From positions 10,167 to 74,166 of the forward strand of contig JBAYVZ010000001.1 of assembly GCA_041674285.1 (NCBI GenBank): DNA of 64,000 nucleotides, written 5' to 3'. Under the pieces are notes generated by a model that saw nothing but the letters and a program-made list of their open reading frames with translations, was not told where the DNA came from and did no database searches. The stretch is from Minisyncoccota bacterium (GTDB taxonomy: Bacteria; Patescibacteriota; Minisyncoccia; Phycocordibacterales; UBA9973). The translations under genes and the position numbers were made by a program. Below, piece after piece: positions 55,208 to 64,000 of the stretch (position 1 is its first letter; each line of letters starts with the position of its first letter).

Positions 55208-56665
55208 ATGGCTTCAACAGAAGAATTGCGCGCTGCGCGCTTAGCAAAAATTGAATTATTAAAAAAAGCGAATATGGATCCGTTCACAGCGGAGTCTTTT
55301 CGTGATTATACAATCGGAGAGGTGATAGATGGTTTCCCTATGTTGTCTGAGAATGGCAAGACCGTCACTATAGGTGGGCGTGTGATGTCTCTACGTGGAC
55401 AGGGGGCTATTTTATTTTTTAATCTAAATGATGGATCTGGGGTATTTCAAGGTCTATTGAAAAAGGGAGCACTCGCAGACGAGATGTTCTCGCTATTTGT
55501 CGATACCGTCGACATGGCGGATTTCATCGAAGTATCTGGAACCCTGTTCACTACAAAGACTGGTCAGGCTACAGTAGAGGTGAATAGCTGGAGGATGCTG
55601 ACAAAAGCTCTAGCCCCACTACCAGACAAATGGGCAGGTCTTCAGGACGTAGAAGAGAGATTCAGAAAGAGATATCTAGATATCCTAACTACAGACGGAC
55701 TAGCAGATATGTTCTACAAGAAATCAAAATTCTGGGAAGTAACTCGCAACTTTATGAAAGATCATGGATTCCTAGAGGTAGAGACTCCGACTCTCGAGGT
55801 CACTACTGGTGGTGCTGAGGCAAACCCATTCAAGACTCATCACAAAGATTTTGATATTGATGTATTTATGCGTATCTCTGTAGGAGAGCTCTGGCAAAAG
55901 CGCCTGATGGCAGCTGGATTCCCAAAGACTTTCGAAATAGGTCGCGTGTATCGCAACGAGGGCACTAGTCCAGAGCATCTACAAGAATTCACAAATATGG
56001 AATTCTACTGGGGTTATGCAAACTACAAAGATGGTATGAAGCTCTCTCAGGAGCTATACCAAAAAATAGCTACTGAGGTTTTTGGAACTACAACATTTAG
56101 TACTCGTGGGCACTCTTTTGATCTTTCCGGTGATTGGCCAGTGATCGAATACAAGGATGAAGTATTGAAGCAAACAGGTATCGATATCATGTCTGCTAGC
56201 GAGTCTGATATGACGAAAAAGCTCGACGAGCTAGGTGTAAAATATGATGGAGAAAACAGGGAGAGATTGATGGATACGCTATGGAAATACTGTCGCAAGA
56301 ATATCGCAGGTCCCGTATTTCTGATTCACCACCCAAAACTCGTGTCGCCACTGGCAAAAGCTTGCCGTGACAATCCTGATCTGACCGAGCGTTTCCAGAT
56401 TATCATCGCTGGTTCTGAGGTAGGGAATGGATTCTCTGAACTCAATGATCCTATCGACCAGCGTGCAAGATTTGAACTACAGCAAAAATTGATAGAGAGA
56501 GGGGATGATGAGGCGATGATGCCAGAGTGGGAATTCGTAGACATGTTAGAACATGGTATGCCACCTACTTGTGGATTCGGTTTCGGAGAGAGATTGTTCT
56601 CATTTATGGTGGACAAGCCAATCCGCGAGACTCAACTATTCCCATTGATGAAGCCAAAAGAGTAA
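55208..56665 (+). CDS. lysS: Lysyl-tRNA synthetase, class II
   Basis: OB-fold N-domain and class II motifs (FLEVETPTL, FEIGRVYRNEG, GFGFGERL). Confidence 0.9.
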   Translation: MASTEELRAARLAKIELLKKANMDPFTAESFRDYTIGEVIDGFPMLSENGKTVTIGGRVMSLRGQGAILFFNLNDGSGVFQGLLKKGALADEMFSLFVDTVDMADFIEVSGTLFTTKTGQATVEVNSWRMLTKALAPLPDKWAGLQDVEERFRKRYLDILTTDGLADMFYKKSKFWEVTRNFMKDHGFLEVETPTLEVTTGGAEANPFKTHHKDFDIDVFMRISVGELWQKRLMAAGFPKTFEIGRVYRNEGTSPEHLQEFTNMEFYWGYANYKDGMKLSQELYQKIATEVFGTTTFSTRGHSFDLSGDWPVIEYKDEVLKQTGIDIMSASESDMTKKLDELGVKYDGENRERLMDTLWKYCRKNIAGPVFLIHHPKLVSPLAKACRDNPDLTERFQIIIAGSEVGNGFSELNDPIDQRARFELQQKLIERGDDEAMMPEWEFVDMLEHGMPPTCGFGFGERLFSFMVDKPIRETQLFPLMKPKE

Positions 56666-56719
56666 TATGCAAAAAAGGAGCCTGACAACGTCGGCTCCTT
56701 TTTAATTTTACCAGTCAAA

Positions 56720-56977
56720 TTACCAGTTAAACTCGTAACTCTGTTCTCTGTCCTTTGAGTACTGGAATACGCAAGATTTTACCCATGTTTTAATTGATCC
56801 AAATTCCTTAATAATTAGCTTTCTTAGGTCTCTGTTATTCTGAGTCTTCTTTGTTGCTTCGTTATAAAGAAATGAATAGAAATCTTTTAAATCATTTGGG
56901 ATTCTTCCTCTGCTTTCTGTGATTCGTGTTGCACCAGGTGTTAGCCAGTCAACTAATCGCGATACTTTTTTATGCAT
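56720..56977 (-). CDS. Hypothetical small basic protein with strong SD
   Basis: 85-aa ORF preceded by aaaaaggaggaataat-ATG, one of only two canonical SDs noticed in the window. Confidence 0.45.
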   Translation of the reverse strand: MHKKVSRLVDWLTPGATRITESRGRIPNDLKDFYSFLYNEATKKTQNNRDLRKLIIKEFGSIKTWVKSCVFQYSKDREQSYEFNW

Positions 56978-56995
56978 ATTATTCCTCCTTTTTAT

Positions 56996-57127
56996 TTATT
57001 CCCAAAAATTTTTTCGAGTTTTGGACATGTTGAACATCATCCAAAACCCATCCTTTTCGAGGGGTATAATAGTACGCCAAAACCACACTCTAATTAAACG
57101 AACAAATCTCGGTAGCTTGTTTTTCAT
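56996..57127 (-). CDS. Hypothetical 43-aa peptide with strong SD (not in the 60-aa ORF track)
   Basis: Minus-strand ATG at 57127 preceded by aaaaaggaggatat. The 5' leader duplicates that of the downstream 85-aa ORF (tcctcctttttattt repeat on the plus strand). Confidence 0.35.
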   Translation of the reverse strand: MKNKLPRFVRLIRVWFWRTIIPLEKDGFWMMFNMSKTRKNFWE

Positions 57128-57217
57128 ATATCCTCCTTTTTATTTTAATTAAATCAAATATGTGAATATTGTCAATAGTATTTGCAAAAAAGAGCTTTTA
57201 ATGTTAATATTTGACCC

Positions 57218-57847
57218 ATGAAAACATTAAACGCAACAAAGCGAAGTAAGGCTGAAAAGCTAGCAATCGTACGAAGTAACGGTATGGTTCCAGCTGTAGT
57301 CTATGGCGCGAAAGTGGATAATACATCTATTTCCGTACCAAGTATCGATTTTATAAAAGTTTGGAAAGCTGCAGGAGAGTCTAGTACTATCGTACTATCT
57401 CTCGAGGGCAAGAACATCGACGTTCTTATCCATGAAGTACAGGTAGATCCAATCAAAGGATTTCCAAAGCACGTAGATTTCCTTGCTGTGGATATGAACA
57501 AGCCAGTAGAAGTATCTGTACCTCTTGAATTCGTAGGTGTAGCACCTGCAGAAAAAACAGGTCTAGGTAGTCTAGTAAAAGTTATCCACGAAGTAGAGAT
57601 AAGTGCTCTTCCAAAGGACATCCCAGCACACATCACTGTAGATATATCTACTCTTGAGACTCTGGAGAATCAAATTCACGTATCAGATCTAGTTCTACCA
57701 GCAGGTGTGACTATGATCTCAGACGCAGAAGAGGTGGTAGCATTGGTTGCAGCAGCAAAAGAAGAAGTTGAATCTGCTCCAGTTGACCTATCTTCTATTG
57801 AAGTAGAGAAAAAAGGCAAGAAAGAAGAGGAAGCAGCAGCTGAATAA
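57218..57847 (+). CDS. rplY: Ribosomal protein L25 / general stress protein Ctc
   Basis: N-terminal L25 fold (LNATKRSKAEKLAIVRSNGMVPAVVYG) plus the Ctc C-terminal extension. Confidence 0.85.
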   Translation: MKTLNATKRSKAEKLAIVRSNGMVPAVVYGAKVDNTSISVPSIDFIKVWKAAGESSTIVLSLEGKNIDVLIHEVQVDPIKGFPKHVDFLAVDMNKPVEVSVPLEFVGVAPAEKTGLGSLVKVIHEVEISALPKDIPAHITVDISTLETLENQIHVSDLVLPAGVTMISDAEEVVALVAAAKEEVESAPVDLSSIEVEKKGKKEEEAAAE

Positions 57848-57907
57848 TAATCTTAATACTTAAATATATTAAGTTCAGACAAGAAAATATGCTATAATAA
57901 AAACTGT

Positions 57908-59254
57908 ATGAAGATACGGTTTTTATTATGCATAGTGCTCGTTTCTTTTTTTGTTTTTGGTCCTACTTTGGTAGTGGCTAGTGATCTTTCCAATGCACAG
58001 GCGGATCGTGCCAAATTAGAAGCAGAGCTCGCGAACCTTGAAAAGGATATAGCAGCAAAACAAAAGCAGCTCGACAAACAAAAGGGTAAATCCGCTACTT
58101 TGTCTGGTGATATCAAGCTCCTCACTTCTCAGATTGCAAAATCTAAAAAAGAAATTCAGGCAAAAAATTTAACAATTCAAAAATTAGGGGGTGAGATAGT
58201 TCAAAAGAATAAAAAAATTCAGACATTGACAGAGAAGATTGAATCTGAAAAGCAGACACTGGCTCAGCTTGTTCGCAAGAGCCGTGAGATAGATGATAAA
58301 TCTGTTGTTTCTTTTGTATTATCCGGAGAATCTATCTCTGATGTATATGGAGAATTTGATAAATTCATGGCTCTATCTGACTCTATTGGTGATTCAGTAG
58401 GTTTGATAAGGCATGCTAGGAATGAGACTGAGTCAGAAAAGAAAAATCTAGAAATTCAAAAAGATAAACAGCTCGATGTAAAAGTAGAGCTCGAGAATAC
58501 AAAAAAGAAAGTTGAACAGAATGAAAAAGACAAAAAACAACTTCTTTCTATTAGTAAAAACAAAGAAGCTGAATACCAAAAAGTCCTAGCAGAAAAAGCC
58601 AAGAGAAAGAATGAGATACTAACTGCACTCTTCGGTCTGCGTGATACTGGTGCTATCCCATTCTCAAAAGCTCTAGAATATGCCAATTTGGCATCAGAGA
58701 AGACCGGTGTGCGTGCTGCCTTTGTCCTAGGTATATTGACTCAGGAGAGTAATCTGGGTACTGATCAGGGGTCTTGCTACGTCACAGATATAAATACTGG
58801 TACCGGTGTGAGCTCTCGCAGTGGCAAGATTTTCAAGAATGTTATGAAGCCTACCCGTGATGTAAAACCATTCTTTGAGATCACTGCTAGTGTGGGCCGT
58901 GATCCTTACAAGACCCTTATATCTTGTCCTATCGGTGGATTTGGTTATGGTGGGGCTATGGGTCCTGCACAATTCATACCTTCTACTTGGATGATGTTAA
59001 AGTCTAGAATCGGTAAAGCTCTAGGAATACCAAATCCTGACCCATGGTTTGCTCGAGATGCATTTATGGCTTCTGCTATGTATTTGGCTGATCTAGGGGC
59101 AAACAAGGGTGGTTATACAGCAGAGAGGAATGCTGCCTGCAAATACTACTCTGGTAGATCCTGTGGCCTTGTGACTGGGAATACTAGTTATGGGAACAGT
59201 GTTATGACCAAAACTGCTAAAATCCAGTCAAATATCGATTTGTTGCAAAATTAA
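57908..59254 (+). CDS. Secreted coiled-coil protein with C-terminal lytic-transglycosylase-like (SLT/GH23-like) domain
   Basis: Signal peptide; 250-aa coiled coil (EnvC-like); C-terminal ...ILTQESNLG...GGAMGPAQFIPSTW... resembles the SLT catalytic E-S ... GLMQ.xP.T motif. Confidence 0.5.
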   Translation: MKIRFLLCIVLVSFFVFGPTLVVASDLSNAQADRAKLEAELANLEKDIAAKQKQLDKQKGKSATLSGDIKLLTSQIAKSKKEIQAKNLTIQKLGGEIVQKNKKIQTLTEKIESEKQTLAQLVRKSREIDDKSVVSFVLSGESISDVYGEFDKFMALSDSIGDSVGLIRHARNETESEKKNLEIQKDKQLDVKVELENTKKKVEQNEKDKKQLLSISKNKEAEYQKVLAEKAKRKNEILTALFGLRDTGAIPFSKALEYANLASEKTGVRAAFVLGILTQESNLGTDQGSCYVTDINTGTGVSSRSGKIFKNVMKPTRDVKPFFEITASVGRDPYKTLISCPIGGFGYGGAMGPAQFIPSTWMMLKSRIGKALGIPNPDPWFARDAFMASAMYLADLGANKGGYTAERNAACKYYSGRSCGLVTGNTSYGNSVMTKTAKIQSNIDLLQN

Positions 59255-59280
59255 TAAAGTCGTGCTAATATAACAAAACT

Positions 59281-59490
59281 ATGAAGAAAGATATTCACCC
59301 GAAATACGATAACAATACAAAGGTTACTTGTGCATGTGGAGCTACTTTTGCAGTAGGTTCAACAGCAAAAGAAATCAACGTTGAAATCTGCAGTCAGTGT
59401 CACCCATTCTATACTGGAAACGAAAAGGTTCTAGACACAGCAGGACGTGTGGACCGTTTCAAAAAGCGTGCAGCAGCAGTAAAAAAATAG
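59281..59490 (+). CDS. rpmE: Ribosomal protein L31
   Basis: MKKDIHPKY...CxC...[10 protein letters not shown] motifs; 69 aa. Confidence 0.85.
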   Translation: MKKDIHPKYDNNTKVTCACGATFAVGSTAKEINVEICSQCHPFYTGNEKVLDTAGRVDRFKKRAAAVKK

Positions 59491-59494
59491 CTTA

Positions 59495-59525
59495 TATAAA
59501 AGATCGCTCTTTTTGGGCGGTTTTT
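59495..59525 (+). terminator. Intrinsic terminator after rpmE
   Basis: aaaagatcgctctttttgggcggttttttg. Confidence 0.55.
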
Positions 59526-59658
59526 TGTTTGCCTTCTGTTATAATATAAGTATAAAATTTTGTAATTTAAAATTTTTAATTTTATAAAAAAATGTTTTAA
59601 AAAATTAATTCATTTAGATATTATTTAAAAATTACAAAATTAAAAATTCAAAAATTGT

Positions 59659-60627
59659 ATGTTAGACCTAACTGAATTAAAGAATAATCACAAGACTAGC
59701 TATCTCGCACATGAATACGAGCGTCTTTTATCTCTAGAAAAAAATGTAAATGATATGGTTGCCGAGGATGAGAGTATGAAAGACCTGGCCGAAGAAGAAC
59801 TTCAAAATATTAAATTCCAAAAGGACGGCATCGAGAGACAGGTAGAGGAAATAATGAAATCCGAAAAAGAGGAAGAAGAATTCCCGAATGAGATAATTCT
59901 CGAAGTCCGTGCTGGTGCCGGTGGGGACGAGGCGTCACTATTCGCATGGCAGCTAGCCCACATGTACGAGATGTATGCCGAGGATCTAGGCTGGGGCTGG
60001 AAGACAAACTACGAATCAGCAAATGATGTCGGTGGGTACAAAGAGGCTTCTTTTGAGGTAAGGGGCAAGGATTGCTACAAGATGCTCCGCTACGAGACAG
60101 GAGTCCATCGTGTACAGCGCATACCTGCGACTGAAAAGAATGGCCGAATACACACATCTACAGCATCGGTAGCTGTGCTACCTATTCGTAAAAAGGCAAA
60201 GTTTGAAATCAATCCAGCAGACCTAGATATGGAGTACTCTCGATCTGGTGGTGCAGGAGGACAGAATGTGAACAAGGTGGAGACTGCAGTTCGATTGATT
60301 CACAAGCCTACAGGTATCGATGTGCGCTGTACCTCAGAGCGTACACAGCTAGGGAACAGGGAGAAGGCCATGTCTATCCTAACTGCAAAACTCGAAGCTA
60401 TGAAGGAAGAAGAAGAAGCAAAGAAATATTCTGCAGATAGAAAGAATCAGATCGGGACAGGGGACAGAAGTGAGAAAATCCGTACATACAACTTCCCTCA
60501 GGATCGTGTGACTGATCACCGCATCCGCCAATCATGGAGTAATATCCCAGGTATAATGGAAGGTAAAATAGAAAAGATTATCGACGCACTAGCATCTGGT
60601 GAGACAGGCGACGCTACAGATGAATAG
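59659..60627 (+). CDS. prfA: Peptide chain release factor 1
   Basis: GGQ motif [18 protein letters not shown] and RF1-type PxT tripeptide (RIPATE); 322 aa. Confidence 0.8.
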   Translation: MLDLTELKNNHKTSYLAHEYERLLSLEKNVNDMVAEDESMKDLAEEELQNIKFQKDGIERQVEEIMKSEKEEEEFPNEIILEVRAGAGGDEASLFAWQLAHMYEMYAEDLGWGWKTNYESANDVGGYKEASFEVRGKDCYKMLRYETGVHRVQRIPATEKNGRIHTSTASVAVLPIRKKAKFEINPADLDMEYSRSGGAGGQNVNKVETAVRLIHKPTGIDVRCTSERTQLGNREKAMSILTAKLEAMKEEEEAKKYSADRKNQIGTGDRSEKIRTYNFPQDRVTDHRIRQSWSNIPGIMEGKIEKIIDALASGETGDATDE

Positions 60628-60850
60628 TAAAATACCCGAGAAATCGGGTATTTTACTATTTGCTATGTTTTTATATCTCTGTTATACTTGCCTCCAGTAG
60701 TTTGCGTTATGTTTTGGTGAGTTGCATTCTTCGTTGTGGTAAACATTGAGGTATGTAAATGAAATCAGGCTTTTGCGATTACATTTATAAATTAGTTTTA
60801 TTCAAAGATTAATATTGCAAAGTATTATTCCGAGAATCACATTGTCATAT

Positions 60851-61111
60851 ATGGCAAAGAAATTATATGTTGGTGGTCTTCCTTACAAGACTACTAACGA
60901 CGAGCTAAAAGCTCACTTTGAAGGTGCTGGTGCAGTATCTTCAGCAACAATTATCATGGATAAGATGACAGGCCGATCAAAAGGTTTTGGATTCGTAGAA
61001 ATGGAAAACGATGCTGATGCTGACAAAGCAATCTCAATGTTTAATGGTCAAGATTTCGATGGTCGAAATCTAACTGTTAATGAGGCTCGCCCAATGGCAC
61101 CACGCGCATAA
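60851..61111 (+). CDS. RRM-domain RNA-binding protein
   Basis: RNP2 KLYVGGL and RNP1 KGFGFVEM; start taken at ATG 60851 rather than the upstream TTG. Confidence 0.75.
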   Translation: MAKKLYVGGLPYKTTNDELKAHFEGAGAVSSATIIMDKMTGRSKGFGFVEMENDADADKAISMFNGQDFDGRNLTVNEARPMAPRA

Positions 61112-61127
61112 TATCTATATTATGATG

Positions 61128-61165
61128 CAAACAAAAATCCCCGCTCCGGCGGGGATTTTTGTTTG
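61128..61165 (+). terminator. Intrinsic terminator
   Basis: caaacaaaaatccccgctccggcggggatttttgtttg. Confidence 0.75.
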
Positions 61166-61195
61166 ACATTTTATAATTTCTGGTGTATTATTTTG
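61166..61195 (+). promoter_or_regulatory. Sigma-70-like promoter ttgacattttataatttctggtgtattat
   Basis: TTGACA, 17-nt spacer, tattat; a near-identical element at 61916-61947 precedes the next gene. Confidence 0.6.
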
Positions 61196-61215
61196 AAAAC
61201 CCAATTTTTGTAATC

Positions 61216-61863
61216 ATGAATAAACCACAAAATGGATTTGAAAGAAAAATCCAAATGGCTTCAGACAAGCCTACAATGTCTAAAAACTTTTTAACTCAAT
61301 TCCAGTATTTGGATATCATGAGTCATTCAAGTTTGGAAACAGATCGCCGTTTTAATCGTGAGGATTACTACTACGATACCTCAAGTTTTTCACTACTGAA
61401 AGATCAGCTTTCTTTTAGAGTTAGAAAGACTGAAATGGGTGTATCGTTGAAATTTATGGATCACCGTGATTATGTAGAGCATCCGTTTAGTGATGAGGAG
61501 GTAATCGAATGGGAAAAAAGTAAAAAGACAAAGATCCCGACCTCTGTATTCATCAGTGCACCACTATTGGGTAGAACCAAAAAAATGGATTTGACCTTAG
61601 TTGGTATGATTTACTCAATCAGAGCATTGGCATTAGACGGATCTATGGTTTTAGACCACAATTGCTTTAATGGTAGTGAATATGTTAGCTATGAAGTTCG
61701 CCTAAAAGAATGCGAGCAAAGTGTTGTAGGTGAATTTGATAAAATCATGAAGACATACGTAGGTACTACTATGACAAACATCATCGAATCAAAATACCAA
61801 CGCTTGGCTAATGTAATCAGACTTCAAAACCAAAAGAAAGTTGCCCCGGCTGCAGCGAATTAA
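61216..61863 (+). CDS. CYTH-domain protein (triphosphate tunnel metalloenzyme family)
   Basis: FERKIQM (ExExK-like), REDYYYDT, LSFRVRK motifs; start set at ATG 61216 because the listed GTG overlaps the -10 element. Confidence 0.5.
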   Translation: MNKPQNGFERKIQMASDKPTMSKNFLTQFQYLDIMSHSSLETDRRFNREDYYYDTSSFSLLKDQLSFRVRKTEMGVSLKFMDHRDYVEHPFSDEEVIEWEKSKKTKIPTSVFISAPLLGRTKKMDLTLVGMIYSIRALALDGSMVLDHNCFNGSEYVSYEVRLKECEQSVVGEFDKIMKTYVGTTMTNIIESKYQRLANVIRLQNQKKVAPAAAN

Positions 61864-61977
61864 AAAGAGCCTAAAAAACGATCAGACCTGCGTACTTTGT
61901 ACCAGGTCTTTTCTTTTGACATTTATAAAATTATGGTGTAATATTTTGAAAAAACATTTTTTAAATTTTGTAATTAT

Positions 61978-62403
61978 ATGAGCAACCAACAAACGCGCGG
62001 CAACACCGTGGAACCTCGTTACCCATCAGATGCGGTAAGTGCAATGAATTCTGGTAAAAAATCAGGTACTTCAGCAATCCAACATCCTTCAACTTTTAAA
62101 ACTGAAGGACTAAAACCAGATTTTACGAGAAAAATCAACCCAGAACAGCATATGAAGCTGATTCAGCATTTTTCCGAATCGACACGGAATGCCATTCCTC
62201 AAGTTTCTGAAGCAAATGGTGTAAAAGTTAAACACATCAGGGTAAATGTTGAGTACGGTGTAATTCATATTAGTACCTATAAAAATGGGGATAATATAGA
62301 TTATGAAATTTCAATGTTTGTTGTTGGGGACTTACTTTCGTCCGAAAAATGGTTCTTTAAGATCCTGGACATCAACGGAGTAATGATCCGTTTCGCTAGT
62401 TAA
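61978..62403 (+). CDS. Hypothetical protein
   Basis: 141-aa ORF behind the duplicated promoter element; no motif recognised. Confidence 0.35.
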   Translation: MSNQQTRGNTVEPRYPSDAVSAMNSGKKSGTSAIQHPSTFKTEGLKPDFTRKINPEQHMKLIQHFSESTRNAIPQVSEANGVKVKHIRVNVEYGVIHISTYKNGDNIDYEISMFVVGDLLSSEKWFFKILDINGVMIRFAS

Positions 62404-62531
62404 CACTAAATGGCCTGTCGTATTTTACGGCAGGCCGTTTGTTTGCTTTAAAGTCAATTTTTTGCTATATTTGGTTTGCCTACTATTTGTAGGTTTTGTT
62501 TAGTTTTGAATGTTTTTTTATTTTTATATAT

Positions 62532-62606
62532 GAGTGTGTAGTTCAGTGGTAGAACGCTGTCCTGATAAGACAGAGGTCGATGGTCCGATTCCATCCACAC
62601 TCACCA
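62532..62606 (+). tRNA. tRNA-Ile (anticodon GAU) with genomically encoded CCA
   Basis: gagtgtg-ta-gttcagtggtagaac-g-ctgtc ctGATaa gacag-aggtc-gatgg tccgatt ccatc-cacactc-a-cca. Confidence 0.85.
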
Positions 62607-62654
62607 TCCTTCTTTAAATAGAGGGGTATCTGGGGCAATAAGCCTTTTCTTTTT

Positions 62655-62915
62655 ATGGAAAATAATACACAAAAAAAATGGTGGGTAGATGGATTGGGTA
62701 TAGCTATGAAGATTTCTTCTTGGATTGCTGTTCCTATCATCGTATCACTAGTATTGGGTAAGTTTTTAGATAAAAAATACAATACAGAACCAATAATCTT
62801 TATTTCACTTACAATACTCGCTTTTATGATTACGATTTACGGCATTGTGAGATTTTCCATGAGTTATATTAAAGACATAGAAAAAGAAGATACTAAAAAT
62901 GACAAAAGAAACTAA
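62655..62915 (+). CDS. AtpI/AtpZ-like small membrane protein preceding atpB
   Basis: 86-aa 2-TM protein immediately upstream of F0 subunit a, overlapping it by 17 nt. Confidence 0.4.
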   Translation: MENNTQKKWWVDGLGIAMKISSWIAVPIIVSLVLGKFLDKKYNTEPIIFISLTILAFMITIYGIVRFSMSYIKDIEKEDTKNDKRN

Positions 62916-63831
62916 TCACAATGAAATAGATTTAAATACAAACACTTCAGAGGTTGTTGCCGTAGAAGAATCACATGGTGTAACTCACGAGGCTACTTTA
63001 TATGCCGAGCATATAGGTGATATTGGCCCAATGCCTGTCACGAATGCATTATTCACTAGCTGGATCGTGGTGGGTGTTATAGTAATTTTTGCATTAGTTC
63101 TAAAATTTAAAATCAAGCAGGTTCCTCGAGGTATTCAAAATTTCTTTGAGTTCGTTATCGATGGGGCTATGTCTCTGGCTGATCAGGTGACTGGAGACAG
63201 GAAGATATCTGAAAAGGCTTTTCCTATGGTTTTCCCTGTATTCATATTTATACTACTTAGTAACTGGATGGGTATATTGCCACTGGGTGGTTTTGGCCTA
63301 CTGGAACAGACTGATCACGGACAAGCTTTTATCCCCCTTATCCGTAGTGGTACAGCAGATATCAATGGAAACTTGGCTCTAGCTCTCATCTCTATACTGG
63401 GTGCGAATATTTTTGGAATCATCTCAATAGGTCTGTGGAAAACAATCAATAAATATGTTAATCTTAATGCTCTTGGTAGTATATTTACCAAGATAAAGAA
63501 GGATCCTATAATCATTCTCACTGCACCTATCATGTTTGCAATTGGATTCTTGGAATTGATCGGTGAGTTTGCAAAAATCGCATCACTGTCATTCCGTCTT
63601 TTTGGTAACGTATTCGCAGGGGAGGTGTTGCTAGCATCTATGGCAGCAGTTCTCGCATACGCTGTACCTATCCCATTCTTGATTCTTGAAGTTTTTGTTG
63701 GAGTTATTCAGGCATTTATCTTTGCCATCCTGACTTTGGTGTACTACACCATCGCATCACAGGATCACGAAGATCACGATGAACATGAAGATCACAGCAA
63801 GACAGTTCAGGATGGCGCAGTAGCGCATTAA
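62899..63831 (+). CDS. atpB: ATP synthase F0 subunit a
   Basis: Conserved SLSFRLFGNVFAGEVLL (essential Arg) and 5-6 TM helices. Confidence 0.88.
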   Translation: MTKETNHNEIDLNTNTSEVVAVEESHGVTHEATLYAEHIGDIGPMPVTNALFTSWIVVGVIVIFALVLKFKIKQVPRGIQNFFEFVIDGAMSLADQVTGDRKISEKAFPMVFPVFIFILLSNWMGILPLGGFGLLEQTDHGQAFIPLIRSGTADINGNLALALISILGANIFGIISIGLWKTINKYVNLNALGSIFTKIKKDPIIILTAPIMFAIGFLELIGEFAKIASLSFRLFGNVFAGEVLLASMAAVLAYAVPIPFLILEVFVGVIQAFIFAILTLVYYTIASQDHEDHDEHEDHSKTVQDGAVAH

Positions 63832-63854
63832 AATTTGAGGTCAAATATTATTAG

Positions 63855-64000
<146 letters not shown>

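Noticed and set aside
56919-57152. 77-aa plus-strand ORF between lysS and rplY
   Set aside because: It overlaps the two SD-bearing minus-strand small ORFs, which have far better translation signals.

Overview
AT-rich (by eye roughly 35-40% GC), densely coding 64 kb window on the standard genetic code; UGA is used as a stop. Shine-Dalgarno sequences are essentially absent, while extended -10 promoters (TGnTATAAT) recur. Most of the window is a housekeeping backbone: ychF, tsaC, leuS, murJ, an MsbA-like ABC exporter, lepA, valS, tsaD, murE/murD/murC, a class B PBP, greA, lysS, rplY, rpmE, prfA, atpB/atpE and four tRNAs. Small proteome size, many cell-envelope genes, giant surface proteins with PG_binding_1 anchors and an O-antigen-ligase-like protein with TPR repeats together suggest a Candidate Phyla Radiation (Patescibacteria-like) bacterium; this is inference. 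Accessory or unusual content is interleaved. (1) A phage-tail-fibre-like protein with an S74 intramolecular-chaperone domain lies next to an IS200-like REP-associated tyrosine transposase (RAYT), which is flanked and interrupted by three perfect REP-like palindromes. (2) A cohesin-dockerin surface module is followed by two giant peptidoglycan-anchored proteins whose domain repeats are near-identical at DNA level. (3) Two roughly 75-80 bp hairpin mini-insertions sit at the termini of ychF and tsaD, each bracketed by a 33-39 bp duplication of the gene end that differs only synonymously. (4) A tRNA cluster (Gly-CCC, Arg-CCU, Phe-GAA) includes a 70-bp repeat array made of tRNA-Phe 5' fragments and a highly structured 200-nt spacer; downstream is a roughly 7 kb cargo island with a Lnu-like nucleotidyltransferase, a GNAT, an isochorismatase-like hydrolase, a PLP enzyme and a paired lycopene-cyclase-domain. 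(5) Two cargo genes, one an LpxC-family deacetylase homologue, share the same promoter and terminator. (6) A 30-bp AT-rich repeat is inserted in-frame twice into tsaD. (7) Two tandem small ORFs carry the only strong SD sequences seen in the window. No CRISPR array and no rRNA were found.
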